A stretch of 64,000 nucleotides of DNA, from contig CAXXWX010000001.1 of assembly GCA_963675745.2 (NCBI GenBank), positions 96,001 to 160,000 of the forward strand, read 5' to 3'. The notes under the pieces are model-generated. The model was not told the origin of the DNA, did no database searches, and saw nothing but the letters and a program-made list of their open reading frames with translations. How positions within the stretch are numbered: the stretch's first letter is position 1; every line of letters starts with the position of its first letter. Shown piece after piece: positions 49,501-57,833 of the stretch. The position numbers and the translations under genes are program-made. Source of the DNA: Phycisphaerae bacterium. Lineage in GTDB: Bacteria; Planctomycetota; Phycisphaerae; UBA1845; Fen-1342.

Positions 49501-51311
49501 CCCCGCCCGTGACGGCGCGGCCGCAGCCTGAACCGGTCCGGCCACCCGACGAGGACGGCGAGCCCGAGGAATCCACGTCGTCGCGCCGGCCGGGTGGACC
49601 GCCACCCTTGACCGGTCGCACCAGGCCGCCTGATCCGACGGCGGTCAAGCCGCCACCGGAAGAGGAAACAGCCGAGCCTGCGCCGGAAGTCGCGGTGTCG
49701 GGCGCGATCCAGATTCCGCAGTGTGCCTCGCCCGAGTTTCTGAATGCCCGCGCGGGAGAGTGCGTGCAGTTGATGCGTTTCCTGGCCGATTTCGGCAGCG
49801 AGTTCTATCTCGCCGAGGCCAGCGATACCACGCCGTTCAATGACCGCTGCGCCCGGATGATCGAGCAGGCGTGGCAGGACTACACGCAGGCCTATGTGCG
49901 GGCGTGGAGCGATGCCTACGGCGCGAAGAGGCTGGAGGAGCTGGACAAGGTCGGCTTGTGGAACGGCGGCTGGGAGTCATTTGCGGCACAATTCCACGTG
50001 GCCGCCGGCGCGCGCTCCAGCGCCCGCAACTCGGTTCGCGACGAGATCGAGCCGGCGTTGTCCGAGATTCTGCACAGCCTGCGCTGGGCTACTTACATGC
50101 CCGACAGCGGCTGGTGGCTCGAAGAACCCGACGACTTCTATGGCCGACAGAAGCGCATCGTGGCCGAAGCCTATTCAGCGGCGCTGCAAAGCAACTGGTC
50201 GCACGGCGATTTCGCCCGCCAGGCCAACGCGGGCCGCGGCCTCGCCCAGAACGTGATGCCCTGGGACGCGCTCGCGGCGCAAGTCGCCACGCGCTGGGAA
50301 AACTGGGCCAACGCCATCGGGCGCGCGGCGGTGCTGCCGCGCGAGTTTGATCGCGACGCCGGTGCCGGCGGCGCACTGAAGATTCCCTGGGGTGAGATGG
50401 CGGCCTTGCGCGATGAAGCCGGGCTGCGTGACGAGGCGCTTTCCCAGCAGTTCGTCGAGTTCGAGCGGCAGGCTCAGAACCTGCTGGATCGAGAGTTGAC
50501 CAACATCTACCACGGCATCCAGGGGCGGTTTCTGGCCAACGAGAATCCGTACGACGGCTGGCCGTATGTGAATGCCAGTGGCGTCGGACTCACGGCGTTG
50601 GAGACGGTTAACTTCGACCAATTTGTGAGCTTCCTCGCCGCGGTCCAACGCGCCGACGCGGCACTCGGTCAGCTTGATAACGGGCTGCCGGATACACCGA
50701 CGCGCCAGCGACGGCGGGCGTTCGTCAGCGCCTGTGCGGATTGGCAGAAGTTCATCGGCAACCCGACGCCGCTGGATGTGGAAGTGTGGAATGACGACCC
50801 GCTGGTTGAACCCAAGGGCCAGAAACGCGTCGATGACCGCGCGCAGTTCTACTACCAGAAGGTGCGTCTGTCGCTGGGGCTGCGGCTGCAACAGGCCGGC
50901 GCCACGGCGCTGGAGTTCCGTACGATGGAGCGCGGCGCGGCGCGGGCGGTACAGACCGTTTGGGAATGGCGACGACCGCAGCTCCAGGAGCTTACGTTCG
51001 AGGCGGTCGATGGGATCCAGCCGGAGGGACGTGATTTCCGCTATCCGCGCGTAAGCCCTGACACGCTCGGCGCGCCGTCGCCACTGGCGCTGTGTGCCTA
51101 CCTGCACCGATACGGCCATTATGCCGACGGCAACTGGGTCGTGTCGCACGGCATCAACCTGACCGAGAAATTCAGGGAAGCCGGTCAGGAGCGGCTGTTG
51201 ACAAACGTACCGACCGACAAGCGCGTGGTTGGCGAGAAGTTCATCTTTCGATTGCCGCCTGGTCGCGGGCTGCCGGCGCCGATTCAGCGCCTGAGCCCTG
51301 CCGGCGGTTGA
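46512..51311 (+). CDS. tssM: T6SS membrane-complex protein TssM (IcmF), unusually long
   Basis: N-terminal TMs; YDLPWYIVIGDSGCGKT, WWFTEDAIFVDMAGR, PING, YLVITKCDKIVGF, FPEEF and FRGLYFTSATQ; TM; large periplasmic part. Confidence 0.92.
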   Translation: MKKLMGMFKGMPPELRMFVAMAGLGTPLGAIYLLQRFVFKGVPLFFIIIGVAVVVGALLLVGFLVNRLWGRSARKRQKKMEGELASGAEAGPVSMDLRAAVKSNNEKFFGAIKDMRKLGISVYDLPWYIVIGDSGCGKTKLVNEGGLTFSTGKPEGYQLGTLNYNWWFTEDAIFVDMAGRLCNPQDDADHREWQSFLKTVGAGRKGYPINGAICCVSAEHLLQDSPENLEQDANTMLERLRDLQSKLGVTFATYLVITKCDKIVGFMQFFDRAERDITIKNQMFGWSKPTGFDELYDPERFSEDFDGVYARLNELRLRRLNDDVDELELGMAYGFPEEFAQLREPLQIYVRALFPMIKNPRAVKNLIFRGLYFTSATQQGSLILRHLTDRLGTDAAGQFPPLESLYPRPRPHFVKDMLIRKVFPEHGLVFRNEQEVVRNRKLSRLLTIASAAVSVVLILLLVISAVKFGSLISEPSVRANQSPQLAAKPVEALEHVGKLAADVDTLKGSMWPTILSLGIGASQPVKDLTKIQLLLFEESGLRSRLEGVDDGLRTAEIVSDEQPGQGGVPLTAYLESLNEYIAWYGCADGESLPEHLDHASFERLGAITRAAGLPDAQGKRAEMISEQAPRYFTEIHTRDWHNPARILTEPGLDGRTLDPPGTIQAAIFRLHDYMRRYAVLNETHPNDVVREWARIRDACARIEESYAQMLGAVSGQLTTRQQLEDLATTFSENFKIFNDSVAELEWRLKPASGFLRIAMIRDALLVERERWLAQQSAMREAYATCNEAAGDNPNDPVLVAIDALSTGMDTQLRGLDRMLADSIQAAGLADRGYFEGYFDDAFHQLVKEVDAAYGHIFTIVRAGDAPDDDALELTVQLTGTVHPTLKQVAARLGKLGAGSLGADTPADWIAEIKDLLYGEEDEGPTTIDASRFGELHARWRPQQLANLSTAYEELLLKGRGTLLLRSIESSLADVGPWGIGELQPEWRDMRRSAYYIAPPVTARPQPEPVRPPDEDGEPEESTSSRRPGGPPPLTGRTRPPDPTAVKPPPEEETAEPAPEVAVSGAIQIPQCASPEFLNARAGECVQLMRFLADFGSEFYLAEASDTTPFNDRCARMIEQAWQDYTQAYVRAWSDAYGAKRLEELDKVGLWNGGWESFAAQFHVAAGARSSARNSVRDEIEPALSEILHSLRWATYMPDSGWWLEEPDDFYGRQKRIVAEAYSAALQSNWSHGDFARQANAGRGLAQNVMPWDALAAQVATRWENWANAIGRAAVLPREFDRDAGAGGALKIPWGEMAALRDEAGLRDEALSQQFVEFERQAQNLLDRELTNIYHGIQGRFLANENPYDGWPYVNASGVGLTALETVNFDQFVSFLAAVQRADAALGQLDNGLPDTPTRQRRRAFVSACADWQKFIGNPTPLDVEVWNDDPLVEPKGQKRVDDRAQFYYQKVRLSLGLRLQQAGATALEFRTMERGAARAVQTVWEWRRPQLQELTFEAVDGIQPEGRDFRYPRVSPDTLGAPSPLALCAYLHRYGHYADGNWVVSHGINLTEKFREAGQERLLTNVPTDKRVVGEKFIFRLPPGRGLPAPIQRLSPAGG

Positions 51312-51374
51312 GGACTCCAGCGGAACGGTAAGCGCCGCCCACCACGGGCCGCGCACCCTTTTGGCGTGGGTCAT

Positions 51375-52379
51375 ATGAGCTGGAAAGACCTATTCAGATC
51401 GAAGGCGGCAAAAGCCCGGCGTCAGGCTGATTCGCGCGTGCGCTGGTTCGGCAAGCTGCCGACGTACGCCGACTACTACAGCTCCCCCACCGATGAAGAT
51501 TGGGCGGTCGAGTTCAATGACTGGATTCTGACGGGCTACGAGCTGTATCACGCACGCCAGCGGGATGCCAACGGCACCGTACACGTTTCGCCCGGCACCT
51601 GCATTCTACGCCTGCCCAAGTCGCAGATGACAGTGTTCGCCTCAATCCAGGACTTCGGCGGGGACATGCGCGGCCGGCCTTTCCCATTGTGCTTCTACGT
51701 CGGGATCCCCAGCGAATTCTGCCCGGGGCCGACGTGCGACGACGCACCGGCCCTGCTCAAGCCGCTGGAACGCCTGACGGAGTTTCGCGAGCGGGTGGTG
51801 CGTTTCATCAATTCGCCGGGGCGTTTTGAGCAGGTTTTCGGCGATCTGGAGCTGGAACCGGCCACGACGGACACGACGTCGGGCGAAGCTGCCTGGAGGC
51901 AGGGGGCGCGCAAGCTCACGATGGCACAGTGGATCGAAGCCAGCCGGCCCTGCCTGAAAGCCGATGATGCCGAGGTCTGGCTTGCCCGGGTGGCTGCGTG
52001 GGGCGTGAATATCAGTGCGCTGGACTCCGCGGATTTTGAGCCGACGTTTCGGTTTCCGCTGGCGCTTTCGCTGCCGCTCGATGTTCAGGTTGCGGGCTGG
52101 TTGAACTGGCTTGGACAGAGGATGGATTTAACGCGACATCTCTTGTCGCTTGTGCTGTCCAGTGACGCGGACGGCGCAACCGGGTGGCTCAGTGTCGTGG
52201 CGCGCGAACCGATTCGTGAAGATTTTCTGTTGTGGACCCCGCTGGGCGGAGCGTTGTCGTATGTCGACGACTTGTGCGCCGCCGCCAGCGATGGGAAGCA
52301 GCAGGCGCCGACGGAATCACCGTCGACCGGCATGCCCGAGCAGTGGGCTGACTTCATTGAATCGGCGCCGGCGACTTGA
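51375..52379 (+). CDS. tagF: T6SS-associated TagF family protein
   Basis: WFGKLPTYADY and DMRGRPFP motifs; directly downstream of tssM. Start ATG 51375 or GTG 51366. Confidence 0.8.
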   Translation: MSWKDLFRSKAAKARRQADSRVRWFGKLPTYADYYSSPTDEDWAVEFNDWILTGYELYHARQRDANGTVHVSPGTCILRLPKSQMTVFASIQDFGGDMRGRPFPLCFYVGIPSEFCPGPTCDDAPALLKPLERLTEFRERVVRFINSPGRFEQVFGDLELEPATTDTTSGEAAWRQGARKLTMAQWIEASRPCLKADDAEVWLARVAAWGVNISALDSADFEPTFRFPLALSLPLDVQVAGWLNWLGQRMDLTRHLLSLVLSSDADGATGWLSVVAREPIREDFLLWTPLGGALSYVDDLCAAASDGKQQAPTESPSTGMPEQWADFIESAPAT

Positions 52380-52473
52380 CTAATGGATGGCGCAGAGCAA
52401 CACTCTGTGTCGATTCGATGACAACCGTCTAAGGTAGTTCACGCGTGAAATTCGACCCGGACGGGGTAAACCC

Positions 52474-52503
52474 TTGTCTCTGTTCAAATTGCCGTGCTAT
52501 AAT
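52474..52503 (+). promoter_or_regulatory. Sigma70-type extended -10 promoter upstream of tssA
   Basis: TTGTCT (52474-52479), 18-nt spacer, TGc-TATAAT (52495-52503), in an AT-richer intergenic gap. Confidence 0.65.
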
Positions 52504-52642
52504 GCGGCATCGGGCTGAACCTCACGCAACCACGAATCGTCGTTCGTCGGGCCGGCGACGAGTGCTGAATGGAATCAGACGCTACGGGCCAGGGTCTGGC
52601 GCGTAGTGCTTCGACATCGCGGATTGCCGCGGGGCATTAGCC

Positions 52643-54208
52643 ATGGCTGGCTTCGATGAAGCTCCAATTCTAGAGCTCGGGACAAACCCGATCTCACCAG
52701 ACGCGCCGGGTGGCGAGGACGTTGCCGACGACGAGGAGTATCTGCTCGTCGACGCGGAGACCGCCAAACTTGACCGCATCGATCTGGGAGACCCGGATTG
52801 GTTTGCGATTGAGCAGGCCAGCCAGAACATCCTGCGTTCAAAGTCCAAAGACCTCGAAATGGCCATCGCGCTGGGTATGGCCCTGTTCAAGAAACAGACC
52901 TATGCGGGCCTGGCCGCCACTCTGGGCCTGTTCCGCGACCTCACCAAAAACTTCTGGGACAACATGTTTCCCGTGCGGCCGCGACGCCGTAAGAACGGCA
53001 TCGAAGGCTACACGGAGAAGCTGGTCGATGGTGGTTGGCTGCGTGACGCCCCGCCGAAACCCGACGATTTCGACGCCATCGATCTCTGTCTCGAACGCAC
53101 CAAGGAGCTCGAGGAAGCCCTCACCGAGAAGATGCCGGACGACGCGCCGTCGTTCGGCAAGTTCCTGCGCAAGGTCAAAGAGCTCGCCTCGCAACGGCCG
53201 AAGGAAGCCGCGCCGGCACCCGCGGCGCCGGCCGATGGTGCCGGGGCAGCCGCGGCGCCCGCGGGCGGAGGGGCCACTTTTGCCGCCGGGGATGTCCAGG
53301 ATGTTTCGGGCGCGGTCAACGCGATTCTCGGCGCTGCCACGTTTATCCGCAAAGCGGACGCAACCGATCCACTGCCCTACGCGGTCGTGCGCCTGATCAA
53401 GTGGGCCAAGGTCGAGCTGCCCACATCGGATGCGGCGGCGACCCAGATCGAGCCACCCGAAAAGACCGTGATCGAGGCGCTGGAGCACCAGTTCAACAAC
53501 GGCGTGTGGGAGCACTTGCTCAAGAACGCGGAGTCGGCGTTTCGCTCATGCGATCCGCTGTGGCTGGATTTGCAGCGCTACACGTGTGCCGCGTTGCAGG
53601 GCTTGGGGGCACCGTACGAAAAGGCGCGCAACGCGGTGATCGCCGTGACCGGTGGTCTCGTGCGCCGTCTCGGCAGTGGCCTCTACGACCTGACGTTTCG
53701 TGGTGGCACGCCCCTGTGTGGCGGTGAGACAAAGATGTGGCTCGAATCGGAGGTGATCACGGGCGATGGTGGCGGCGGCGGCGGCGGCTCGGCGGGCAAC
53801 GGCAAACTGGCCGAGGCCTCGGATGAAGCCCGCAAGCTGGCCGGCACCGGCAAGCTCAAGGAGGCCGTCCAGACATTGCAGGCGGGCCTGTCGACGTGCA
53901 ATCAGCGACGCGACCGGTTTCTCTGGCGCGCCCAGATTGCCAAGCTGTGTTTTGACGCCAAGAAGCTCAAGCTCGCCGCCCCGCTGTTGGAAGAATGCTA
54001 CCAGGAGATACAGCGCTACCACATCGAAGACTGGGAGCCAACGTTGGCCGTCGAGGTAGCGCAGACGTTATATCGGTGCCGCAAGGCCCTCACCGCGGTG
54101 GACAAGAACCCCCCGCCCGAGGCGCTGGCGGGCGTGCGCGAGTCATTCGCGTGGTTGTGTCAATTGGACCCCCTGGCGGCCCTGGCGGCCGACCCGGCGG
54201 GCAAGTAA
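52643..54208 (+). CDS. tssA: T6SS TssA (ImpA_N plus middle and VasJ-like C-terminal domains)
   Basis: PISPDAPGGED, DW, SKDL, FWDNMFP, LWLDLQ, LTFRGGTP, WEP and LCQLDP. Confidence 0.9.
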   Translation: MAGFDEAPILELGTNPISPDAPGGEDVADDEEYLLVDAETAKLDRIDLGDPDWFAIEQASQNILRSKSKDLEMAIALGMALFKKQTYAGLAATLGLFRDLTKNFWDNMFPVRPRRRKNGIEGYTEKLVDGGWLRDAPPKPDDFDAIDLCLERTKELEEALTEKMPDDAPSFGKFLRKVKELASQRPKEAAPAPAAPADGAGAAAAPAGGGATFAAGDVQDVSGAVNAILGAATFIRKADATDPLPYAVVRLIKWAKVELPTSDAAATQIEPPEKTVIEALEHQFNNGVWEHLLKNAESAFRSCDPLWLDLQRYTCAALQGLGAPYEKARNAVIAVTGGLVRRLGSGLYDLTFRGGTPLCGGETKMWLESEVITGDGGGGGGGSAGNGKLAEASDEARKLAGTGKLKEAVQTLQAGLSTCNQRRDRFLWRAQIAKLCFDAKKLKLAAPLLEECYQEIQRYHIEDWEPTLAVEVAQTLYRCRKALTAVDKNPPPEALAGVRESFAWLCQLDPLAALAADPAGK

Positions 54209-54242
54209 CACGTGATGATGCCAGCAGAAAGGGAAGCACAAT

Positions 54243-54773
54243 ATGGCTAAGGGACCGTCAAAAGCTCGGGAATCACGGGTAAACATCGTCATTTCGGACG
54301 CGCTGCGCGGCGGGGCCGAACCGGAGTTGCCCTTCCGCATGCTGGTGATGGGCGATTTCTCGACAACCGATGACAAACGCCCAATGGAGGACCGGCAACC
54401 GATCGACGTAAACAAGTCCAATTTCGACTCGGTCATGCAGAGCTACAACCTGTCGATGGACACGTCGGTTAATGACCGCCTCACCGGCACGGGCGAGATG
54501 CCGATCTCGCTCAAATTCGGCACACTGAAGGACTTCCGTCCGGAGTCTATCGCGCGGCAGGTGCCCCAGCTCAAGAGTCTGCTGGAGTTCCGCGACGCGC
54601 TCAAGGCGCTGCGGCCGAAGATGGGCGACAAAGCCGCCCAGAAGAAGCTGCTCGACGCCATCAAGGACCCCGAGACGCGCGAAAAGATCCTCGCCATGAT
54701 CACTACCGCCGAAGGTGGCGGCGAAGGCGGTGGCGAGGAGTCAGGCGATTCAGGTGAGTCGAGTGACGCGTAG
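54243..54773 (+). CDS. tssB: T6SS contractile sheath small subunit TssB
   Basis: SRVNI, ELPFRMLVMGDFS, NKSNFDSVM and DFRPESIARQVPQLKSLLEFR. Confidence 0.95.
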   Translation: MAKGPSKARESRVNIVISDALRGGAEPELPFRMLVMGDFSTTDDKRPMEDRQPIDVNKSNFDSVMQSYNLSMDTSVNDRLTGTGEMPISLKFGTLKDFRPESIARQVPQLKSLLEFRDALKALRPKMGDKAAQKKLLDAIKDPETREKILAMITTAEGGGEGGGEESGDSGESSDA

Positions 54774-54843
54774 GTGAGACCAGGTCAACGTTTGGTACCC
54801 GCAGCGCGACTGCACTGCGGCACATGAATGGAGATAGAAAAAG

Positions 54844-56325
54844 ATGGCAGAACAACCGGAAGCCGCTTCCGCCGCCGGAGCCCAGGAAACCGAGGCTGTC
54901 GATGCCCTGATCGATTCGCTCGACCTGGATCACGAGTACATGGACCTGTACCGCAAGGGAATTGCGGGACTGGTTCAAAAAGCCGCCGGCCTGGATCTGA
55001 ACAAGGTCGTGATCGACAAACAGGTCGTCGACGACTTCATCAGCGAGATTGACCAGCAGCTCAGCGCGCAGGTCAACGAAATCCTGCACAACGAACAATT
55101 CCAGAAGCTCGAATCGGCCTGGCGCGGCCTGTGGTACTTGATCGACAACACCGAATTCCGCCAGAACATCCGCATCGAGGTGCTGAACACCTCCAAGGAG
55201 GACCTGCTCGAGGACTTCCAGGACTGCAAGGACTGGCAGAAATCGGGATTGTTCAAGACCGTTTACCGCGACCAGTACAACACGTTCGGCGGCAATCCGT
55301 ACGGGATGATGGTCGCCAACTTCGCGCTCGACTATCGCAATCCCGATGTCGAGCTGATGAGCGAGATCGCGCGAGTTTCCGCGGTGGCCAAGTGCCCGCT
55401 GATCGCCGGCGCCAGCCCCAAGATGTTCGACAAGAACATGGACTCGTTCGAGCACCTGCCGAAGCTCGCCGAGATGTACGAGATCTTCGAGCAGCCCATG
55501 TACACCAAGTGGAACTCGTTCCGCGAGTCGGACGACTCACGATATGTCGCGCTGGCCATGCCGCGCTTCCTGTTGCGCAGCCCCTACACGGTCGCGAACC
55601 AGGACGTCAAGGACTTCGTGTTCGAAGAGGACGTCCGCACCGAGAACCACGATCGCTACCTGTGGGGCAATGCCGCATTTGCCATGGCCGGCCGCATGAC
55701 CGAGAGCTTTGCGAAGTACGGCTGGTACAACGCAATCGTCGGGCCGACAAGTGGCGGCACGGTGCCGGATCTCCCGCTGCACCAGTACGAGGCCACCGGT
55801 CAGTACCACACGAAGATCCCCACCGAGACGCTGATCTCCGAGGACATGGACGTCGACCTGTGCAACTTCGGCTTTGTGCCGCTCGTGATGCGCAAGGGCA
55901 GCGACAACGCGGCGTTCTTTGACGCTCCCTCGTGCAAGAAGGTCGGCAAGTTCCCCGACACCGCCGAGGGCAAGGAAGACGAGACGCGCGCCCGTTTGGG
56001 CATGTCGTTGCCATACCTGATGATCCAGTGCCGCCTGGCGCACTATCTGAAGGTCATCTGGCGTGAGAACATGGGCCGCGTGATGGACGCCGAGAAGATG
56101 GTCGGCGAAATCAACAAGTGGCTGAAGCAGTATTGCCGCCAGGGCACTCTCGATGACGTGTTGGCCGCGAAGTACCCGCTGAAGGAAGTCCAGGTCACCG
56201 CGACACCGGTGCCGGGCAAGCCGGGCATGTTCAAGTCCGAGATCCAGATGATTCCGCACTTCCGACTGAAAGGCGTGGAAGTGCAGCTTTCGATGGTGGG
56301 TCAATTCGACCCGCCGCCGCAGTAA
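54844..56325 (+). CDS. tssC: T6SS contractile sheath large subunit TssC
   Basis: IDQQLSAQVNEILH, FQKLESAWRGL, FGGNPYG, WNSFRESDDSRY, PRFLLR, YLWGNAAF and RLAHYLK. Confidence 0.96.
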   Translation: MAEQPEAASAAGAQETEAVDALIDSLDLDHEYMDLYRKGIAGLVQKAAGLDLNKVVIDKQVVDDFISEIDQQLSAQVNEILHNEQFQKLESAWRGLWYLIDNTEFRQNIRIEVLNTSKEDLLEDFQDCKDWQKSGLFKTVYRDQYNTFGGNPYGMMVANFALDYRNPDVELMSEIARVSAVAKCPLIAGASPKMFDKNMDSFEHLPKLAEMYEIFEQPMYTKWNSFRESDDSRYVALAMPRFLLRSPYTVANQDVKDFVFEEDVRTENHDRYLWGNAAFAMAGRMTESFAKYGWYNAIVGPTSGGTVPDLPLHQYEATGQYHTKIPTETLISEDMDVDLCNFGFVPLVMRKGSDNAAFFDAPSCKKVGKFPDTAEGKEDETRARLGMSLPYLMIQCRLAHYLKVIWRENMGRVMDAEKMVGEINKWLKQYCRQGTLDDVLAAKYPLKEVQVTATPVPGKPGMFKSEIQMIPHFRLKGVEVQLSMVGQFDPPPQ

Positions 56326-56443
56326 ACCGGCCCTTGGGCCGAATGGGAGCATTTGCGGAGTTCTGTTTCGCCGGGCACAGCTTGTTTTTGGGAACTGTGT
56401 GTTCGCGTAGGAACGAAGGGCATTCAAACAAGGAGATGTTGTC

Positions 56444-56920
56444 ATGCCTACCCCCTGTAATCTGAAGATCGCCGAGTACCCGGGTTCGTCTGAGAAGGAA
56501 GCTCGGGAAGATACTTCCGATGTCTTCGAGATTGAGCATCACATTCACCAGCCGGTTGATATGACGACCGGCGAGGCGACCGGCGTGCGCGTGCACAGCC
56601 CGATGCGCATCGTGAAGGTCCTCGACAAGGCCAGCCCGGGCCTGCAGAAGGCACTGTGCACCGGCCAGAACCTGAAGGAAGTCATCCTGGACTTCTATCG
56701 CATCGATCCGGCCACGCGCTCGGAGTCGAAGTACTACACGATCACGTTGCGCAACGCCCGCGTGGTTGACGCGCGTCCGTACATGCCGATGAGCTTCGTG
56801 CCGGCCAACGAGTCGTATCGGCACATGGAGCAGGTCAGCTTCGTGTACGAGGAGATCGAGTGGAACTGGCTGCCGGACAGCGTCGTTGAAATGGACAAGT
56901 GGCGTTCGCCGGGCGGCTAA
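56444..56920 (+). CDS. hcp: T6SS tube protein Hcp (TssD)
   Basis: AGGAG RBS; MPTPC start; G.RVH.P, K.LDKASP.L..AL..GQ.L and E.VSF.YE.I.W...D.WR. Confidence 0.93.
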   Translation: MPTPCNLKIAEYPGSSEKEAREDTSDVFEIEHHIHQPVDMTTGEATGVRVHSPMRIVKVLDKASPGLQKALCTGQNLKEVILDFYRIDPATRSESKYYTITLRNARVVDARPYMPMSFVPANESYRHMEQVSFVYEEIEWNWLPDSVVEMDKWRSPGG

Positions 56921-57256
56921 GCGTCAATCTCGCGACGTATTGGGGCGGGTGTGCGTCCGACAGGTATGACCGGTTGGACACCTGCCCCATTGTCGGGTTC
57001 CCAGTGCAGGCACGGCCGGGAGCGTCAAACACTCCCGCTCGCGCCTGTGGTGTATCGTTGCCCGTGGCTGCGTGTCACGCGCTCGGTGACACATGGGGGC
57101 CGGCGCCTGTCGATCAGTGGCCTGCTCTCCGACCTGGGCCGGATCAACACAATGGTTCGGACGCCCCATTGGAGCGCATTGTCCGGTCACGATGGGCGCG
57201 AGGCGGCGTCGCTGACAGGTGCAGACGGCTGATTCCAGCTTCGTAGAGGGTCGATT

Positions 57257-57688
57257 GTGGGCCGCGAGAAGATGTTGCTGGACCGCATCGCCAGCCTCCA
57301 GGACGACGGCGATCGCGGCCGATACGACGCGACCGTCACCGAAGACCTGGAGTCGCTGATGGAATCGGTGCGGCGGAACCTGACGCGTCTGTTGAACGCG
57401 CGCCAGGGCATGGCCGAGGGGCTGTCTGACTACGGCCTGCCGGCGATGTCAGACGTTCTCTCGGGCAGCGACAAGTATATCCGTCGGGTGCAGGACGCGG
57501 TCCGTACGACGATCGAGCGGTATGAGCCACGGTTGCGAAACGTGCGCGTGACGCACCAAACCGCCGAGGGCACGTTGCAGACGCTCGTGTTCCGCGTGGA
57601 CGCCGTGATCGTATCAGAGAGCGGCCAGCACCGCGTCTGGTACGAGACTTCGTTCGCCCCGAATGGCCGCTTTGATGTAGTAGGCTAG
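57257..57688 (+). CDS. tssE: T6SS baseplate TssE (gp25-like)
   Basis: LLDRI, SVRRNLTRLLNARQG, DYGLP and IERYEPRL. Confidence 0.92.
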   Translation: MGREKMLLDRIASLQDDGDRGRYDATVTEDLESLMESVRRNLTRLLNARQGMAEGLSDYGLPAMSDVLSGSDKYIRRVQDAVRTTIERYEPRLRNVRVTHQTAEGTLQTLVFRVDAVIVSESGQHRVWYETSFAPNGRFDVVG

Positions 57689-57833
57689 CCGTCCGCGGTG
57701 AGGATCGTCGCGGTTCGGATCCAATAATGGTCGAGCCTCCGGCATCTGGGAATGCCTGGCAACGCCGGTTCCCCGGGCCAGACGAGCCCGACGTCTTCAG
57801 GCCGCACCAGCGGTCGAGTCAGCGAGTTGCGCT

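Noticed and set aside
53771..53788. (GGC)n run in tssA as a phase-variation tract
   Set aside because: An in-frame trinucleotide run encoding a Gly linker; slippage would not switch the gene off.
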